A stretch of 64,000 bases of DNA, from NCBI GenBank assembly GCA_036846305.1, contig DAIUCF010000003.1:67-64066 (forward strand), written 5' to 3'. The notes beneath the pieces are model-generated. The model was not told the DNA's origin. It ran no database searches and saw nothing but the letters and a program-made list of their open reading frames with translations. The translations under genes were made by a program, and so were the position numbers. This document shows positions 60,701 through 64,000 of this stretch, in pieces. The DNA is from Candidatus Poseidoniaceae archaeon. Its GTDB lineage: Archaea; Thermoplasmatota; Poseidoniia; Poseidoniales; Poseidoniaceae. Within the stretch, counting starts at the first letter, position 1, and each line of letters starts with the position of its first letter.

Positions 60701-62900
60701 CATCATCAGGATCATAAAAGTCGGAAATACCGTCATTATCATCATCCCAATCAATATCGTTTACAAGGCCGTCTCCATCGATGTCCGAATCTACAGAATT
60801 AGGGCCATCATCGCGATACAGTGCACCGTTAATAGCATGTAAATCTCCGTCATTGTCAAGATCGCAATCCCAGTCAATATCGAGGGCGTCGATGATTCCG
60901 TCGTTATCGTCATCAACATCCTCCCAATTGTTAATTCCATCTCCATCCCAGTCGTTAAATTGCGAATAAGAAGCACGCTGAGTGTTACATCTTGGGTCAG
61001 GGCTCACTGGATTTGGGTTCGATGTGGTTGGACAATTCCAAGTAGCAACTTCAGACGATTTATTCAACGGGAATGAATCGTTCTCGTTATCGATTTGGTC
61101 ATCATCCAAATCGTACTCGAAGTTATTAGCATCTCCGCTCACCGATATGTCACCAAGATTGTCTGGATTAGGAGTTCCGCCCATGTCCGGATCAAGCCAG
61201 TCATAGACGCCATTGTAGTTTTGGTCGAATGGTCGAAGGCGGTCATCATCAAGGTCTTGGTCGTAATCCATCTCGCAATCAATGACGCCGTCGTTATCCG
61301 AATCTTGTCCAGGGACATGGAAGTCCACTGTTGAAACACTTGAAACAATGATTGCGCCACCTGAATTGCCACCGATTATGGAAACATCATCGCCTACGGA
61401 ATACCCGTATCCGCCGGATGCCAATACTGCGGAAAGAATCTCTCCATTCGCATTGACTGTGATGTCAACAGTGAGTCCAACTCCCTCTATTGAAGATGTG
61501 CCCACTCCATTTGCTGCGATGTAATTTTGGCCACTGACAAGCGAGCTGGCATCTAGCCCAGTTGCCACTCCGTTGAGCACACTGTTATCGTAATCACCTT
61601 TGTTATCTCCGTTAAAATCAACATTCACACAAACATCAGGGATACCGTCGTTGTCGTCGTCAGGGTCGACCATGTCAAGAATACCGTCATTATCATCATC
61701 GGTATCTGCACTGTCGGGCGTTTCGTCGTTGTCGTTATCTGGGTCAATGAAATTTGGAATGCCGTCTCCATCAAGATCACCGTCAACAATGGTTGTGAAA
61801 GCAGGCACGCCATTAGGCCCGTCTCCAGCAGGATCTGTAGGTAAGTTGGTCCAACCACTGGAGGTATTGCCTGGTGCGTTTACTCTGTTGAGCTCCTCGT
61901 TTAGGAAATTAATTCCACCCGAATACTGCCGATATGAATTGAAATCCCAAGTGACGGCTGTGTCGTAAAGGTTCGATGAAGAAGACATAGAAGTGGTTAG
62001 TGACGCGTTGTAGGGATGTATGTCGTCTATATCGTTAACCCCATCGCCATCGTCATCGTCATCGAAGTAATCTTGAATACCATCACTGTCCAAGTCGCAA
62101 GGCCACTTGAACTGGTCAATACGAGCATCATTATCATCGTCCTCGTCATAACTCCCAGGTCCAGAACCATCAGAATCTTCATCGGTGACGCCGTCATTAT
62201 CGTGGTCCATTGGATTTTGATCGGCCAAATAGTAAGGGCCAACGGCCTGTCCAGTCCATGGGTGGATGATACTTGGGTCGAGGCGTCGGTCTGTACTCAC
62301 GTTGAGAGGATCAAGTCCGAGCGCTTCAAGTGCTTCAATATCAATTGGTCCTTCGAGAATACCGTCATTGTCATCATCCCAGTCTTCAGCATCAGAGATG
62401 CCGTCGTTATCGTGGTCGAATGGGTCGGTTCCATAACATCCATCAAACCTCTCCAAGAGGTCGTAAATTCCATCGTTATCGTCATCAAGGTCATACAAAT
62501 CACTGACTCCATCGTTGTCGTGATCGTCTTTGTTCGATTCCTCAAGCAATGGTGCAAAATAAGGCATTAGTGCCGCAATTGCTGATTCGTCAGCAATGAT
62601 TCCGGAAGCGACACCTGGGTCAGCCCACATAATGTCAGACAGTACTGGGTGGTCATCGAGTTGCCACACATCTTGTGCCCCGTTCCAAGAACCTTGGCCG
62701 ACTTGTCCAGAGGTTTGCACTGGAGCCGTTTGAGTGATTCTATCGCCTTCTCGGAAGACTACGGGCTGGGATGTTTCTTGTGAACTGAAGTCCTGTACTA
62801 TAGCAAGCATCGTACTTGTAAGCATTAAGACGATGATAATCATCGACATTGATATCTTCTGTCTTTGGCCTATTGTTTCTATTTGGTTTTTTGAGAGCAT
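54738..62900 (-). CDS. Giant (2720 aa) surface protein: N-terminal TM anchor, very many thrombospondin-type-3-like Asp-rich Ca-binding repeats, Ig/CarboxypepD_reg-like beta-sandwich region, second TM, and a cytoplasmic DUF4129-like tail
   Basis: N-terminal TM MSMIIIVLMLTSTMLAIV. Dozens of D-x-D-x-D-G-x-x-D-x-x-D units (DHDNDGVSDLYDLDDDNDGIYD, DSDGIQDYFDDDDDGDGVNDIDD, DWDGDGINNWEDVDDDNDGIIDALD ...). C-terminal TM MSFVLIAMSLLIAGAIYY. The tail TTREFETAVRSAFSMVPSEQLDDFLSVFEEARYSDHTID resembles the DUF4129 consensus (..T.rE......l...f..arYs). Confidence 0.8.
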   Translation of the reverse strand: MLSKNQIETIGQRQKISMSMIIIVLMLTSTMLAIVQDFSSQETSQPVVFREGDRITQTAPVQTSGQVGQGSWNGAQDVWQLDDHPVLSDIMWADPGVASGIIADESAIAALMPYFAPLLEESNKDDHDNDGVSDLYDLDDDNDGIYDLLERFDGCYGTDPFDHDNDGISDAEDWDDDNDGILEGPIDIEALEALGLDPLNVSTDRRLDPSIIHPWTGQAVGPYYLADQNPMDHDNDGVTDEDSDGSGPGSYDEDDDNDARIDQFKWPCDLDSDGIQDYFDDDDDGDGVNDIDDIHPYNASLTTSMSSSSNLYDTAVTWDFNSYRQYSGGINFLNEELNRVNAPGNTSSGWTNLPTDPAGDGPNGVPAFTTIVDGDLDGDGIPNFIDPDNDNDETPDSADTDDDNDGILDMVDPDDDNDGIPDVCVNVDFNGDNKGDYDNSVLNGVATGLDASSLVSGQNYIAANGVGTSSIEGVGLTVDITVNANGEILSAVLASGGYGYSVGDDVSIIGGNSGGAIIVSSVSTVDFHVPGQDSDNDGVIDCEMDYDQDLDDDRLRPFDQNYNGVYDWLDPDMGGTPNPDNLGDISVSGDANNFEYDLDDDQIDNENDSFPLNKSSEVATWNCPTTSNPNPVSPDPRCNTQRASYSQFNDWDGDGINNWEDVDDDNDGIIDALDIDWDCDLDNDGDLHAINGALYRDDGPNSVDSDIDGDGLVNDIDWDDDNDGISDFYDPDDGNCGVVDYDANDNFGTPYYPVADGGDLDGSQDSTPYTNNATDHWNLVFWHNPFANVVLDYNGYDATTTPVTPGTVPEYYWFLFARWSPYNGGNDWDIDGDGDSLTNGLDIDQDADGLPDWWDQDEGNDGLLDVNDPKMGGSIDMTSCGWTAGQSASGYVCGYQYAFAYHMPLNGVNAQFGSPYSIRPDAFINQGATSGGASGNWSCTPGAQGGCWHYDFASDGTVEAGITYTQMKNNRDAFVTWFGLESGIWQWTSDNGPVADFPDELGADLLKNDVDGDIDGDFTNATIDLDNDYDSVYDWYDVDDDNNGLWDFFEVDTDDDYDNDANQDNGNFFSGLNCEDNDDDGNDADVDSDGFFQAVWDRGILSQGFIEPSVYDVDNDNDAVPDAEDPDDDNNGILDIDQELLPNCFFGEEQSPFDNDNDGIVDWADDDWDGDGLTNTVELAISLTRAFDHDNDGERDDIDTDDDEDGMLDEDEVMLWPSRFDRNSTNPWDHDDFGNGEGLANPLDPGTGPDAVDNDDDNDSYVDVDFDHLEEGETSFPCYGGAESSDWDSDNNCILDEDDKAPTYISLNLPDTLWIDAQSPSIFSGHVDWVNPVSGQFEPAVGLPVQVHIEWADNGTTALETIDVLTSSTGNFSVGQFLYPEDLTVGDNTTYRVYAVVTEMFAFNGNESTSYYLGAEANLTADIYMDGYFRSDEQPFWIDMWSYYTADIQRGIFDNFIPKAPFTFSVRGGVFGNYTHPTNFTGLGGNGYRAGSNGLVSVTFIQDIGINGIWKQIQWNSTRDNGVGQIPGGYEEVAWDSQTLELKPLLDSNGDPVRYDYTNTSLPAGDYEVTAVVQPDLASDGPFPYLHGDETEPQAIRVMHRMNIEGQMIVDGINPVYWYNSSINNGDGTFGNWATLFHSEALTGAGLDFADISKPKPYPKNWNGDPLTLNAEEIQLRNFISTNSTHWFINLVNGGDSDLPPCGAVDLTDPNSPVRCEIVPEMNTGDTLFVIGSVTNRTNDPWDADPIALQVDIDGNGQFLGSTETAYTQRPTKACASCAAEFDYNWTWFQQYASGTYGMRVDFTNSAYYFTGNGTNLAPTGAYINVTVVGTTDFQTTSVPRLYRNTSTTIQAKLVDNSLQPVRNVPVNYTWSADGRTGVNYTDDNGFFEIPFNITANDNLGDFTLQFEFAGTPLLKGNTMVQQVWVVSRTYLSIDSTSPNIRQTGDIWDFTALVNDDNTTSVRDSGGSALDGALAPNGGLVDVIFEGVDFSGVTHRQIVATVRPTAGTITLPEPAADASHLCYYDGNGDGFADRDLNQDGILDRIESSGTFNGKTGCLKADISPLNAESLRNDPESFLPDGFGPVNVILRFEENLPNEGCAPLDPVSLGIQGAWDPCLSLPGNDHFRLKMTNNANGFSFIGRTSLTVDDQIVYTSEISPITGEVIPKPMTVTGQLQDELGTNLTNRNIRVNYEMINSQSSPTACNSGMTDMDGYFSIQCPLSDVSAGKAKVTVTYSAYDNNDAYRYQNDTYETEFDVFSNSTLALLEVGPFKSSVETWTAPNTTEYPVLYLKESFHIDAKLMQSNGQYVGGKCLNIYLDPEQNIRPISSIRTSDIDGTVEWFSGDRTQNPKGDGVETTGGKLEGFRTLRIAFEPDVNVPGGCDKESSNVLNGSYVDQLVLVRSRIDLQVIQTWSHSGDNGLDNDDPVFGSVALQRDRLDLKVENEEIWFIRQYWSDELNEWVREGTNKSRTNEQGVADFEWPFAGQTCDGVPCSGQWRIIAYYPGSTYFEESQTNVTHEIIWMEARTINSDVGFFTPAKTMSFVLIAMSLLIAGAIYYQRAQARRQVQALRGILTDTMMQLEASNEFIAAIFDCYKNLVKYFKRYGFMKKVYETTREFETAVRSAFSMVPSEQLDDFLSVFEEARYSDHTIDASHKERALRTLDGITRSLTVSLGEGGMVERKELVNLYDKQTKAGEFVAADGTVRQAGIVEGEGTDFKI

Positions 62901-63047
62901 GTTGGCACCTCGGAATCAATTTGCCACCTGCATTGCCTATATGAAAGCCATGGCGCGGTTGCGTGTTTAGGTATCACTAGAGGAGTTGCGTATCATTGCC
63001 AAATATTCAACAAATTGTTGCTGAAATTTTGAAAAGGTTGAAGAAAT

Positions 63048-63086
63048 AAAAAAAGGATTTCTAGGGGGCGAACCCCCTAGAAATCC
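63048..63086 (-). terminator. Perfect 14-bp stem / 4-nt loop hairpin followed (on the minus strand) by a 7-nt T-run; candidate transcription terminator
   Basis: Plus strand: AAAAAAA (63048-63054), GGATTTCTAGGGGG (63055-63068), CGAA, CCCCCTAGAAATCC (63073-63086). Located 53 nt downstream of the stop of the 63139 gene. A second 7-bp hairpin, CCGATAC-TTTG-GTATCGG, lies at 63093-63110. Confidence 0.6.
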
Positions 63087-63138
63087 GGTATTCCGATACT
63101 TTGGTATCGGTGATTATCGTAGATAATTCTCAAACAAC

Positions 63139-64000
63139 TCAAGCTTCGAGTTCGTCGAGAATGCCGTCGCCATCGTCGTCAGCATCTTCGTGGTCGTCGG
63201 AACCGTCGTTGTCATGATCGAATTGACCTGTCAATGGGTTACCGTCATTCATTTCGAACCAGTCGGCTAGGCCGTCATTGTCGTCATCTGTGTCGGTTAG
63301 GTCCCAAATTCCATCGTTATCGTGATCGTAACGGTACTGGCCAGAGACTCCACCTATTTCGTCAACGTCGAGAATATCGTCGTTGTCATCATCTGTGTCG
63401 ACTCCGTCATCCATGCCGTCGTTGTCGTGGTCACGGGATTGGTCTGTACCATCTTCGGCTTTGTCGTTGTAGTTGTCAATTCCGTCGTTGTCGATATCGA
63501 GGTCTAGTGAATCAGTGATTCCGTCGTTGTCGTGGTCGTAGATGTTGGTGTTTGGGTCGCCGTCTTGGGCTTCTTCAGAATCATCAATTCCATCGCCGTC
63601 GTCGTCGGAGTCCAAGTTGTCTGGGATTCCGTCGTTGTCATGGTCGTTTGGATTGGCATCGACATCATTCGGGATTCCGTCGTTGTCGTTGTCGGTATCC
63701 ATGTTGTCTGGAATTCCATCACCGTCATTATCAGCTGGGCCTTGGTTGTCAGTTTGTTGCTGTTGCTGTTGATCGGTCTGTTGACCTTGTTGACCTTGCT
63801 GACCGTTTTGGGTTTGACCTTGTTGTTGTTGGCTCTGACCGTTTTGGTTCTGTCCATTTTGGTCCTGGCTTTGTTGGTCTCCTTGCTGGCCGCCTTGCTG
63901 GCCGCCTTGTTGTTGTTGACCTTGTCCATTGTCCTGCTGCTGGCCTTGCTGGCCTTGCTGGCCTTGCTGGCCTTGCTGGCCTTGCTGACCTTGCTGACCT
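63139..64000 (-). CDS. Secreted Asp-rich TSP3-like repeat protein with an upstream Gln/Gly-rich (GQQ)n region (3' part; the 5' end is off-window)
   Basis: The 63139..63702 track ORF stays open upstream in the same frame to the window edge, by my own translation. That translation reads ...GQQGQQGQQGQQGQQGQQGQQQDNGQGQQQQGGQQGGQQGDQQSQDQNGQNQNGQSQQQQGQTQNGQQGQQGQQTDQQQQQQTDNQGPADNDGDGIPDNMDTDNDNDGIPNDVD... The downstream part is almost entirely D-x-D-x-D-G repeats. Confidence 0.75.
   Translation of the reverse strand, partial: GQQGQQGQQGQQGQQGQQGQQQDNGQGQQQQGGQQGGQQGDQQSQDQNGQNQNGQSQQQQGQTQNGQQGQQGQQTDQQQQQQTDNQGPADNDGDGIPDNMDTDNDNDGIPNDVDANPNDHDNDGIPDNLDSDDDGDGIDDSEEAQDGDPNTNIYDHDNDGITDSLDLDIDNDGIDNYNDKAEDGTDQSRDHDNDGMDDGVDTDDDNDDILDVDEIGGVSGQYRYDHDNDGIWDLTDTDDDNDGLADWFEMNDGNPLTGQFDHDNDGSDDHEDADDDGDGILDELEA
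63741..64000 (-). repeat. Gln/Gly-rich low-complexity coding repeat, including a 9-bp tandem repeat that encodes (GQQ)n
   Basis: The plus strand shows CTGGCCTTG repeated head to tail from about 63940 to the window edge. On the minus strand this reads GGC CAG CAA, at least 7 units, with 2 variant units (GGT CAG CAA). Confidence 0.9.

Noticed and set aside
62016-62570. 184-aa plus-strand ORF, along with many similar antisense ORFs (e.g. 29282..29806, 35304..35849, 49955..50260, 60386..60802, 61600..61968)
   Set aside because: These lie fully inside much longer, motif-supported minus-strand genes. Their translations are low-complexity (Ile/Val/Ser-rich) mirror images of GAT/GAC-rich coding repeats, so they are shadow ORFs.
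59100-63700. Periodic short repeats that could superficially suggest a CRISPR-like or satellite array
   Set aside because: The periodicity lies entirely inside long minus-strand ORFs and corresponds to Asp-rich D-x-D-x-D-G codon repeats. There are no constant-length direct repeats separated by unique spacers, and no cas genes.
1-64000. Looked for mobile elements, prophage, integrases, transposases, toxin-antitoxin pairs and rRNA genes
   Set aside because: No recombinase or transposase motifs, terminal inverted repeats, tRNA-flanked direct repeats or rRNA-like sequence were recognised. The two tRNAs sit in normal operon contexts.

Overview
The window is a compact archaeal chromosome segment, roughly nine-tenths coding and mostly on the minus strand. 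Archaeal markers are MCM helicase, GatE, two Pth2 peptidyl-tRNA hydrolases, a TFB-like factor, Trm1, two PAC2-type proteasome chaperone homologues, and an L18e-L13-S9-RpoN-tRNA(Pro) operon. Housekeeping genes include purM, threonine aldolase, a HAD hydrolase and a thioesterase. They alternate with many very large secreted or membrane-anchored proteins of 563, 844, 889, 1431, 1567, 2720 and more than 287 aa. These carry FG-GAP, PKD, Fn3, predicted beta-helix and thrombospondin-type-3-like Asp-rich calcium-binding repeats. That content is consistent with a marine planktonic euryarchaeote (Marine Group II/III-like), but this placement is only an inference. Genes of bacterial flavour are also present: an AddB-like/AddA-like helicase-nuclease pair, NAD-dependent LigA, a DnaQ-like exonuclease and a Cas4-like nuclease. 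I see no rRNA, CRISPR array, transposase or integrase. The most unusual items are listed here.
- An 889-aa double-TM protein matches several CD36/LIMP-2 family signature segments in the same order.
- A three-gene module has two secreted proteins sharing a Cys-x-Cys-His N-terminal domain, followed by a small polytopic membrane protein.
- The 2720-aa giant protein ends in a DUF4129-like cytoplasmic tail.
- A beta-propeller/DUF4430 fusion sits next to an S-component-like membrane protein.
- The two Pth2 genes are tandem paralogues.
- An ORB-like element lies upstream of mcm.
- A 783-aa orphan protein has an N-terminal zinc ribbon.
All functional calls come from motifs I read in the supplied translations or translated myself. 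No database search was run.
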